DNA of 64,000 nucleotides from Octopus vulgaris (Eukaryota). The stretch spans positions 206,832,001 through 206,896,000 of the forward strand of contig OX597814.1 in NCBI GenBank assembly GCA_951406725.2, written 5' to 3'. Under the pieces are notes generated by a model that saw nothing but the letters and a program-made list of their open reading frames with translations, ran no database searches and was not told the origin of the DNA. Shown here one piece after another: positions 53,079 through 64,000 of this stretch. Made by a program: the position numbers and the translations under genes. Within the stretch, counting starts at the first letter, position 1. The number at the start of each line of letters is the position of its first letter.

Positions 53079-54392
53079 ACCCTAATGGGAGCCTTAACTA
53101 CAAAATTTTAGTCATTTCTTTTCTGATCCAAAACTAAGTCAAAAGTACTGAATGGATCTTTATGAAATTTGGAAATTATATTCTATGCATAAGGGCCGTA
53201 ACCCCCATGACAATTCATATATTTTTGCTGTTGATAACATTTTAACCATAGATATTAGACACAAATGAAGTAATATTTATGAAATTTCATCTCACAAGTT
53301 AGAAAGACCCCTCCATGGGGACTTAACACCCACAATTTTGCCATTTTTATCTAAGCAAAGATGAATACAGTTATTCTCTTGGAAGCTGTAGGGTTACCCG
53401 AGCATAAAAAATGAGCATTAGTTGTAATTCAATGGTACAACAGTGTAACAGTTTGCTTTGACATACACTTACATTGTGATTTCCGCAATGTGGTGCATAA
53501 ATTGTCAAGTAAATGAGAGGCATCTTTGCCTCCACTGATTCAGTTGCAAAGTGTTGAGTAAAGTTATTTGATTGCAGATCTCCTTTCAGTCTTTTTATTA
53601 TCACTCGGTCACACATAGTCCCCAGATGGTAATATTGATTTCAAGGCCTTCCCAGATGAATGACTGGTTATTCAAAGACATTTATAGATTGTAAATTTAT
53701 TCTGTCCAGTTATGTATCTGTATAGTGGTCATTTGCAAAATCCAGAGGTGACACTTTCATTTCTCTTTAGCCTTCACGTCACAGAGTTGTTAATGTTTAT
53801 TTCAGTTGGATCACACCCTTCCAATTGCTATAGATTCGTAATGCATCTTACGGCTGTGCGTGTCACCTGCATGGTGAGGAATACTACATTGGGAGTGGTA
53901 ACAACTAGGGTAGGGTAACTGACTGCTTATTGTGATCATTCGTCTTTTGGTTTCCTGTAGCTTTGCTCTCTTTTACAAACCCAGTGAACACATATTTCCT
54001 ATTCCAAAGAAATTCACACAATAGATATAAGACTCAAGTTAAAAAGCTTCTCAACAATTCAACTTCTCTGGTTGACATTAAGATGCCCACCCCCAACAGG
54101 GGCCTTGACTCTCACATTTTAGAGCTCCATGACCTCCATTTTTCAGGAGCAAAATCTTTTTGACAGGTTCAATAAGACTGGAATTTTGGAATGTGCGCAT
54201 AAAAATCAGTGGTATGGGATACATGTGGCACGATTACAATTTTTGGGGGGTGTGTAAAGAGGGAAGTAACCTTCATCTGCAATTTTGATGAAATTCGAAA
54301 CATAGATATTCCAGTTCATTACAGAAGATATAACAGAAAAGTCTAATTCTTCAATTGTATGTAACACGGGCAACACCGGTTATCTCTGCTAG
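53026..54392 (+). mobile_element. Probable non-autonomous Helitron
   Basis: 3' end cacgggcaacaccggttatctctgCTAG|T (GC-rich imperfect hairpin, CTAG, T); possible 5' A|TCTATATCTATA at 53026. The 5' boundary is uncertain. Confidence 0.55.
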
Positions 54393-54829
54393 TATATATA
54401 TATCAGAGAGATAGTGAGAAAGAATAAAAATTTGTATTTCTTCTTCCAATACTGTAAGAAGTTACTTCTTTTAAAAAATCTCACTCACTTTCTCTCTCTC
54501 TCCCCTTCTCTCTCTGTTTGTCTGTCACTGTTTATACCTCTAGCTCGTCCCTATACACAATCAACCTAGACAACTCACAGGCACCGTCTACCTTGGTTTC
54601 CTTCATTCAATCGTTTCAGAAAACTAGTTGAATGATTATTTCTCTCTCCGTCATTTTTTCCATATTCTTCACCAGTTTCATGAATTAAAGTCCCTCTTTA
54701 AAGACATCCCAAGATGGCAATGTGCTTCTATGAAAGTAGACTCTATTCAAAAACTAATATGCATTTTCATGTCTCAAATGTTTCTTCTATTTCAATATTG
54801 GTTTACATTCATCATTATCACCACCACCA

Positions 54830-55140
54830 ACACCACCATCATCATCATCATCATTTAACATTTGTTGTCCATGCTTGTATGGGTTGAATAGTTTGACTGG
54901 GGCTGGCAAGCTGTAAGGCTGCACCAGACTTCAGTCTGATTTGCCATGGTGTATATGGATGGATGCCCTTCCTAATGCCCACTACTCCAAGAGTGGTAAG
55001 CATTAGGTATCTACCGCGACTGTGATTTTGCATGGATTGCTGGGTAATTTTTGCCTCCATGAGACCCAATGCTTCAAAGGCACACTCTACATGCTAGTTA
55101 TGTGACACCAGCATCAGCCATGGCTTCAATTTCACTTGGC
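54830..55140 (-). mobile_element. RTE tail fragment, degraded
   Basis: ggatgcccttcctaatgcc motif with a (CAT)n tail. Confidence 0.7.
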
Positions 55141-55142
55141 TT

Positions 55143-55756
55143 GTGAAAGACCAAAATATTGTTGTGAAAGACCAAAACAATAAAGTCTGTTTATTGATTG
55201 ATGTGAGCGTACTTTGTGACTATGATGTCTCAGCAAAAGAATTTGATAAACTCAGAAAATATAAAGATCTGCTGATTGAAATCGAAAAGATGTGGCATCT
55301 CAAGATGGTTACAATACCAGTGACTGTAGGAGCACTTGGAATGATCAAAAAAGGAACTGAAAATTATTTAAGAATGATCCTTGGCTTACCATCCATGCAG
55401 GAGGTGCAAAAGATTGTCTTAACTGGTAACTGGTCACACGTATTGAGAAGAGCATCGTTGCTGTGAATTTTCTTTCTTTTTTTCCCTTTATTTTCTTTGT
55501 TTATTTTTAAATTTTTGTTAAGATTGTTTTAACTGCCACATCACACACACTGAGAAGAGAATTGCCACTGTGAATTTTATTTCCTTTTTCCTTTTATTTT
55601 CCTTGTTTACTTTTTTTTTCTTTTTTCCCCTTTTTTTTATATGACTTTGTAAATGGTGTGTTTATTTTAATGGCCTACCACATGTACAAAGTGAACTTTT
55701 TTGTCCTAGATGTTGGGAAGACACTTGGCAAGGAATGGAAATGAAATTGAAAGAAG
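55143..55756 (+). mobile_element. Dong/R4 family B 3' end, near-identical to 5870-6465
   Basis: Roughly 10-15 differences over ~590 bp by eye, including the 3' UTR. Confidence 0.9.
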
Positions 55757-56360
55757 ATAATAATAATAATGATAATAATAATGCAGTACCAGGCAGTGGC
55801 TCTCGTAGCTTCTGATCTTAACTGATTGGAAGTATTATCATGTACATTGTTTTGTCTTGGTATGAAAGATGGGCTGCAGCAAATATTCTGCTCAAAACCA
55901 CAGATTTGCTTGTCAGTTGTTTGACCATAACCAGTTGGGTATGTCCCTTAGTGGTTGACGATATGTGCATCTCTGATCACAAGCAGAAGTAGTGGGGGAG
56001 CATCATAGCCATGTGTTGAAAGGGAATTTTGGGGGTATTGAATAATTCACCTTTGGAAATATAAGTGTTTCATTCAACATCCTTAAACAAATCTTATTCA
56101 GTAACCTTTTGAGCTATATGGGCTTCTTGATCTGAAGAAATTTCTAACTGAGCCCTACCTGCAAGGTCATGTGCTTTTTATCTTGATATGAGATCACCAT
56201 GTCATGCCCATATGGTTGTGATGCATGTGTCTGCTGTACCTTTATCAGACGGATAGTCATGATGGGTATATTGGGCTTCGTATATTTGTACCCTAGTATC
56301 ATTTTGATGACATACACTGCCCCCTCACTTACTCAATAACAATAATAATAATAATAATAA

Positions 56361-59300
56361 CGGGGGACGTTTTAAAGAACACTGTGGACGCTTAAAAGAA
56401 CACTGGGGATGTTTAACATGTAAGAGCGATAAAATACTGCTCCGAAATCTATCCAAAAACAAAAGAAATAATGGCATCACATAAAGCCAAAAAATAGCTG
56501 ACAAAGGATTGGACTATATCCGAGTAAGTAATACTCATTGAAATTTATTTCTATTTTCCAAATGAAATGATGTATTTTAATTGGATATCACCTCCATTGC
56601 TCGCACAGCACATGTAAACATGCTCGCTACATTACAATCCCATGAACACCAGGCCATCTCCGTCCCCAAATACCATGTAATTAAATAATACTGGTATTAT
56701 TCAGCCCAAAGATAACAAATGGGAAGAATGTACTTTAAACTTGTTACACAAAAACTATGAAAAACTACACGCGCAAAACAATTTGACAACAGAAATGAAC
56801 GGAGTGGTACCCTACAAAAATTATGGCTGTCAAAATAAAGGGCTGGACGTTCCTCATGTCCTGCAGATAAAACTAAAAAGGCATAAATAGACACATGGGC
56901 AATATATATCAATCCTACACGCTTACTTTACGGCAGTGATCTACCCAAAGAACGAAAACACAACAACATATACATATAAAACATGGAAGCAAAATAACAT
57001 AAATAAAGATCTGGATACAACAATTAACCCTAATAAACTAGCAAATATACGGAGATATATTCTCAACGCAAAAAAATATCAGAAGTAGAAATAGAACATT
57101 TAAAAGAAAAAATACATCAGGAAAATGTAGATAGAAGCCACACAACAATGCCAAATATGAACACTGAGATAGTAAAACACGAAGACAAATGTAACATTCC
57201 CAACAAAAACGATGTAAACAAAAAACAACAAACCCAGACCGTAGGGATGTATAATAATGTATGAAAAGCAGCAAACTAAAACACGACAGACAAACATACG
57301 AATGAGAAAGAAAGTGAAGAAAATCTAAAACCTGTAAACAATGAAGGGGAACCTAATGATTATGATACTATAAAAATGAGAATAATCAAAGAACTGAAAA
57401 CCACAGATCTCAAAATTGACCACCAACCATACCTTCCAAAAATCAAAATAGACAAAAAAACAACATCAATTATAAACAGCATAAACCTGGCCGTCACAGA
57501 ACTAATAGCCACTGAAACAAAAAGCGATATCACTGAGCTAAATGACATAATATATGCAGCAGCCGCTGCAGCCACAAAAGAAGTTGGATACTCCCTCAAA
57601 CCCATCCAAACAGGATTACCACCACCCAAACAAACCCTGTGGATAAATATTATCAAAAAAAAAAAAATAAATAAATAGAAAAATAGAAAAGATCTGTCGA
57701 TTCTTAACGAAATTAGTTGGTAATCAACACTACTATGTAACAAGAAGAGAACAAAAATACTGTGCAAATACAACATTACAGAAAAAGATTTACCTGAAAT
57801 AAAAGAAAAGCTAAAGCAAGATATCCTTGCCAAAGCACAAAGGATCAGCCGGTATGAGAAACGTCAACGTTTCTTTGAACAAAACAAACAGTTCAACTCC
57901 AACCCCAAAAAGTTCTACCAAGAACTTGGCAAAAATAAAATAGATATTACTGCAGCACCAATGGTAGAAGAAGAGGAAGAATTCTGGAGATAAATATGGT
58001 CGTCAAAAGAACAACTACAGAAAAGGACTATTACAACAACAAACTTAGCACCTGAGCAACTCTGGACCCCCATAAGAACTGAAGAGGTCACCCAGGTACT
58101 GCAAAGACTAACCAACTGGAAGGCACCTGGGCATGACAAGATCCCCAACTTCTGGTTGAAATATCTGACAGGAATACACAAAAAGCTGGCTGAAAACTTT
58201 AACAACATACTGGCAGAGCCAGAGAAAATGCCTGAATGGCTCACGGAAGGGAAAACTATCTTAATTCTCAAATCTGATGACACGGCAAAACCACAAGACT
58301 ACGGACCTAAAACCTGTCTGCTACAATGTACAAAAACCTTTACTGCAGTAATATCGCAGAGATTGAACAAGCATCTGGAACAAAACAACCTGTTTCCAGA
58401 AAAGCAGAAGTGATGCTGCAAGGGCTCATATGGCTGTAAAGATCAATTAATGATCAATAAAGCCATGACTGAAGACAGCCACAGAAAGAAGAAAGGCCTC
58501 GGTATGGCCTGGATTGACTACCAAAAGGCGTTTGGTAGTATGCCCCACACGTGGATCCTCGAAACACTAGCCATGAACAAGGTAGCACCAATAATTATAA
58601 AATACATAAGACTCTCTAAGAATAAATGGCAGACATTGCTACAGCTCCAAACAAAAGAGGGACTCATGAAACCAAAGCCATCCCCGTTAGAAGAGGAATA
58701 TTCCAGGGAGACACGCTCTCTCCACTCCTTTTCTGCTTGGCACTGATACCTCTATCTGATATGCTAAATAGAACTGGATGCGGATACAAATGTTACGGCA
58801 AAACGATCAGCCACCTTTTATATATGGATGACCTAAAACTATACGCTACAAATGACAAACAGCTGGAAACACTACTAAAGACAGTTCATGGATTTACCAA
58901 AGAAATAGATATGCGCCAAAGCAACCCTGAAAAGAGGGGAACTAGTTAAGACTAGCAACATCACACTAGATAAAGCCAATGAAATAAGAGAATTAGACCA
59001 AAGCCAGACATACAAACATTTAGGAATCAATGAGCTAGATACGATACAACACACACGATGAAAGAGAAAATAAGGAAAGAATACAATCGACAGGTTAGAT
59101 CAATGCTGAAAACAGAGCTCAATGCTAAAAACAAGAAAATAGCTATTAACATTTTAGCCGTCCCAGTTATAAGTTACAGCTACAATATCCTTAACTGGAC
59201 ACTAGATGAACTAACCAAAATAGACAGGAAAACAAGAAAAATAATGACAGGATCTAGGATGCACCACCCAAAATCTGACATAGAAAGGCTATATATACAA

Positions 59301-60466
59301 TGTATAGAAGGTGGTAGAGGCCTTATACAGCTGGAAAACTATTATAAAATAACCACCATAGGACTGCAAAAAATATCTACTTCAGAAGCAAGGAAAACTG
59401 ATACAAATAGCAGCAAAACACGAGCAAAACAAAAATTGTTCTCAGTATTTAAGGAAGGGGGAGGGGAAGAAGAAGAAGAAGAAGAAGAAGAAGAAGAAGA
59501 AGAAGAAGAAGAAGAAGAAGAAGAAGAAGAAGAAGAAGAAGAAGAAGAAGAAGAAGAAGAAGAAGAGCTATAAAACAAATGAAATCCAAACTAAAACTAG
59601 AACAGCAATAGACCATGATAAAACGATGGCAAGAAAAACCCCTTCATAGCAAATACTGGACTAAATTAAATGCAAAAGAAATAGACAGAGAAAAATCCCA
59701 GCAATGGTTGAGAAGCTCAGGACTCAAAGCAGAGACAGAGGGATTTTTAATTGCAGCACAAGACCAAAGCCCCCCCCCCCCCAAGGAATTACCAAAAACA
59801 TGTAATGAAAAGAAATATAACAATTAAATGCAGAATATGTGGAGATGGACAAGAAACAATAAATCATATTATCTCTGGCTGCCCAGTCCTGGCTAAGAAG
59901 GAATATATTCACAGACACGACAGAGTTGGGACCTACATATACTGGAAGCTATGCCAACATTATGGAATAACAACAGAAAAAAGATGGTATAAGCACACAC
60001 CAGAAAAGGTCACAGAAAATGAGAAAGCAACCATACTCTGGGATATGCCAATACACACAGATAGAGAAATTAAAGCCGACAGACCAGATACAGTTGTTAG
60101 AGATCATGAAGAAAAAAAAAGCTTTCTAATTGATGTATCAATACCAGCAGATGACAACGTGTCTCTAAAAGAAATGGAGAAACTTTCAAAATACAAAGGC
60201 CTAGAAATAGAGGTAACTCGAATGTGGAATCTAAAAACAGAAACAATTTCTATCATAGGTGCATTAGGCATGATAAAAAAATATTCAGACAAATACATAA
60301 CAAAAACACCAGGAAAATTGCACTACTGGGCACTGCACACATCCTACTCAAAACACTTTCAATACAGTAATCATCAGAGCATCTCAACAAATCACAGCAC
60401 ATACCCAAGGCACAGAGAGCTGTGCTCAGGAGTGAAGTGGAAGCATGCTATAAAAAAATAAAACTA

Positions 60467-60470
<4 letters not shown>
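56361..60470 (+). mobile_element. Dong/R4 family C, near full-length, decayed
   Basis: Starts right after (AAT)n; NWKAPGHDKIPNFWLK, AWIDYQKAF, GIFQGDTLSP, YMDD, CCHC, RLE; same 3' UTR as 11660-11757; (AAT)n from 60470. Confidence 0.93.
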
Positions 60471-60520
<50 letters not shown>

Positions 60521-60739
60521 GGTTTCAAATTTTGCCACAAGAGTAGACATTTTGGAGAGGGGATGTGATGATTACATCAACCCCAATGTTCAACTGGTAC
60601 TTAATTTATCAACCACGAAAGGATGAAGAGCAAATTTGACCTCGGCAGAATTTGAACTCAGAATGTAGCAGAAGACAAAATACTGCTAAGCATATCGCCC
60701 AGTGTGCCAACAATTCTGCCTGCTCACCGCCTTAATAAT

Positions 60740-62870
60740 AACAACAACATTTTCTTTATCCACTACTGAGGGTTTATATAAAAATTTAGGGATGATAGAG
60801 GACAGCATAGCACAACAGGAGTGGAATTTAATTATGTAAAAATTAATAAGGATGAAAATATTATAACAAATAAATCCCCAAAAGAAGAAGGCTTCCAAGA
60901 GCTGCTCATAGAAACATCCCAAAAACCAAGACCACCCTGGCCTCTAGGGCAAGTACCCTCTCCACTTCATCTACACTTGATCTAGAGACAAATTCACTTG
61001 GGCCATTCATGCTACATTCACCTACCTATTAACAAAATTGCTGGGAAGCAGCACTTTCTTCTCTACCCTCATTTTTCTTTAGTTTGGCCAAAGAGGAAAC
61101 TTCTAAGTTTCTCTCTAAATTTTCTTCTAATTCCTTTCTAACACTAATTCCTTACTAGACCTAGCTGATTCTACTCTAATTGCCCTTTTCAGGGCAAACC
61201 ACCATTTGTTGATCATGAATGTCCCATCAACACCTGTTTAACTAATTCTTTAATCTGGTCCCTGTAAGCTTGGCACACTGGGAGAGATGCATTCAGCGTC
61301 CAGTAACTGGGTCCCTACGATGTAAGCCTATCAAGGCTGACCATACAAATCACAAATGTGTAGCCAACTTTTACTATCGTTATCTACTGGCCTACAGAAT
61401 ACCCTGTCTAAAGATGAGCTGGATGACTTGATGCAATTCATCCATGTCCAAACTGGCACATCAGGGAAATCTAGTCAGTACCTGTCAGATATTTGGAAAT
61501 GTCTGAGCAGGTTTGCAAGTCTTTTACCCCACACCACCCCTTTTACTCTCTTGTAGCCCCACACAGTCCAAACATGGATCTATGATGGTACTTCATTCGC
61601 CCACTAACACTAAAGGGCAGGGTGCTCATAGGAAAGCCTCCGGACGTCTGAAGCAGACTGGATGTCCTGTTCCTGTCAGAGCATAAACAGTCACCAGTCT
61701 GAAGGGACCCCCATCACTATTGTCCAGCATCACCAACTTCCCTCCTGGGGCGTATCTGGATCAACACCACTGTTCCACCACCCATCCCTCGTTGGAATGG
61801 AAATAAATATACCTTGCATCCATCGAAAATGGACATGAAAGCTTTAGTTGGTCAGAGAATCTGGTTTTACTGATGGCCACTACATTGACACTTAGTGATA
61901 TGAGGTCATTGAGTAGACGGCCCTTGTTGCCAAGGCAACCCCAGGCAACTCCCATTTATACTGCTGACTCTGAGTAGGGTTAGATCAAAGTATAGAAACG
62001 AGGAATTGACTTAGTTGGTGAGGAGGGGATGGATGTTCCATCTCCATGGATATATGTGGATGTTTCCACAAGTAGTTCTTTACATATTCGTCTCTATTTA
62101 TGACTCTCTGGAAAGCCCCCCAACCCGACCCACCTCAGGATATTTTGTTTTGATGGTATTATACGTAGGTCGTGATGTCTGTATGACTTCAATATGTGTC
62201 TCTGGCTTGTTTCTCGGTGACATCAGGTCGGTGTATGTGTGTGTGAGCTTTGTATGGTTATATATGTGTGATGCATTAGCATTTTTTTTTATTGTTGGTG
62301 TTTGTTGCTTTGTGGGGTAGTTCACATCTCTCATTTCTTACAAACAGAAAGCTTTGGGATGGTTTGTATCCTTGCACAGCTGACATCTTGGTTTTCTACC
62401 CTCAATAGCCACATAAAGCTTTGTGCCATCCTGTAGACTAAAACACTTTGCTCGTCTGCCTGTATTAGAAGCTGCATCCCCTGTTCTGTTTATGTCCGGT
62501 AGGATGTTGAAAGTTCTTCGACCAAGATAGATGGGAATAATGATTAGTTTCTCAGTTTTTAGAGTAGCTGTCAAGTGATTTTTGGTCTCCTCCTCTGAGA
62601 CGAACCTCACTTCGACAGTCCCATATTTCTTTACCCTGGCTACGTAAGCTTTGCTTTTCCAAACTGCTTCTAGGTATTTCTCTATTTGCTGCTGTGTTGC
62701 CTGCTCTATTTTCCTACTTTTGGCTCCAGTTGTTTCATATAAAACTGCCTGCACATTAATTTCCTGCTGGATAGTTCTAGGAATGTTTACAGTCACATTT
62801 CTGCCAGAAATGCCAAAAACAATAATTTCAGCAAAAAACTTGCACACAGTCATAGTAGTTCAGTATAGCT
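60740..62870 (-). mobile_element. L1/Tx1-clade LINE remnant (ORF1 + APE fragment)
   Basis: IYLGRRT..., LYVAIEGRKPRCQLCKDTNHPKAFC; ORF2 start resembles 36521-36772 (GRLLNDL..L.V.VVAIS.T). Confidence 0.75.
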
Positions 62871-62884
62871 CTGGAATCCTGAAG

Positions 62885-63320
62885 TAAACAAAAGAGAACC
62901 TAAAGGAGATGGACAGGAAGTCAAGAAAGCTCTTAACGATGCATGGAGCCCATCATCCACAAACAGACACTGATTGCCTATACAGGAAGAGAGGGAAATG
63001 GAGGAAGAGGACTAATAAGTGTGGAAGACTGCATACGTACCAAACTCCAGAGCTTAATGAGATACGTAACCCAAAGTAAGGAAACCTTGCTAGTCACAGT
63101 TAGGAACGAGGGAGTATTGGGAGTAGGGAAAAAAGGGAAAACAAAGGAAGAAGTACAAAAAGGACATGAAGAAGAATTACGCAAGAAGGGACTACACAAT
63201 CAAATCCATAGAGACACAACAGAAGTTGCTGGAAAAAATAGGTGGGATTGGCTAATGAAAGAACCCTAAAAAAAGGGACTGAGAAAACTATACTGGTGAT
63301 GCAAGACCAAGTTTTAGCCA
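62885..63320 (+). mobile_element. Dong/R4 fragment, same family as 23630-24630
   Basis: DRKSRKLLTMHGAHHP, GGRGLISVEDC; nucleotide match to 23630-23850. Confidence 0.8.
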
Positions 63321-63581
63321 CAAATTTTAGGGTTAATTTTGCATGTTCAAATTGTGCTTCTCTCTATTGTACAGAACTCTCTAGAGATAAGAGTTGAAGA
63401 AAACCAAGCTAACCTACGAATATTACTGAACAATTCTAAGACATCAATAAAGGATCCCATATTTCATTTTATTTTTTAATTTTATTCCATATTTTATTTC
63501 ATCATAGAATTATTGGGGGTGGAGAGGGTAAATTCCAAAAATATCAACATCAAACAACAAACAACAAAAACATCAACCAAC

Positions 63582-63809
63582 CTTTGCTATTTTTTTGTCT
63601 TCTTGAGGTAAAACAACAAAGTAAACATCTTTGATCTGGCTTGAATTTTGATCTGAGTAGTTTTTCACTGCTTCATACATTGTTCTGGGTAGTTTTTCAA
63701 TGGGGTACTTCATTTTAGCCCCTAAAATAGGAAATGCCAGGCTTTTTGCTCCCATTCTCTCAGCATTTTCCAGACAAGTGGTTATTATTTGAGTCAAGTT
63801 TGCCAGAAT
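63582..63809 (-). CDS. Exon A of a PARP14/PARP9/PARP15-like multi-macrodomain gene: C-terminal half of macrodomain copy 1
   Basis: Acceptor tttattag|ATT and donor AAG|gttggt; 228 nt, phase 0-0. Translation ILANLTQIITTCLENAERMGAKSLAFPILGAKMKYPIEKLPRTMYEAVKNYSDQNSSQIKDVYFVVLPQEDKKIAK carries the macrodomain S(I/L)AFP.(I/L)G motif. Paralogous to 16559-16786. Confidence 0.9.
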
Positions 63810-64000
63810 CTAATAAAAAATAATTGTTTAGTAATTGATAATGAACATTTTATTAAGTTATTTTCTTATTACAGGAAGAAACCATTAAGTTGTAATAAAT
63901 ATATCCTCCTCTCACAACTCCTCTCACTCCTACCACTTCTAAACACAACTGTCATTCCTATCACTCTTTAGTCCTGCAAGGGATAAGGCAACCTCACTCA

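Noticed and set aside
56361-56455. Possible ribozyme at the Dong-C 5' end (gagc...gctc followed by cgaaa) and short 21-bp repeats
   Set aside because: No CUGANGA box and no convincing HDV-like fold by eye.

Overview
Eukaryotic, AT-rich, retrotransposon-saturated DNA. The repeat repertoire (Dong/R4, RTE, CR1, Tx1, Penelope-like elements, tRNA/CORE-type SINEs, long AAT/ATC/CA microsatellites) looks like an octopus or other coleoid cephalopod genome; that is an inference. Six phase-compatible GT-AG exons on the minus strand (63582-63809, 46833-46914, 17907-18043, 17398-17625, 16559-16786, 12673-12727) splice into one open frame. It encodes the end of one macrodomain and a complete second, closely related macrodomain of the PARP14/PARP9/PARP15 (BAL) type. 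The gene probably extends beyond both window edges. Most of the rest is intronic mobile DNA, much of it nested in (AAT)n arrays. Main observations: (1) a recently duplicated, frame-symmetric macrodomain module whose exon is far more diverged than its flanking introns, with a remodelled ADP-ribose-binding loop; (2) a candidate minimal type I hammerhead ribozyme beside a Penelope-like element with inverted termini; (3) (AAT)n arrays acting as strand-polarised landing pads for several retroelement clades, with an empty/filled site pair; (4) several long intronic fold-backs. All counts were made by eye; no database search was run.
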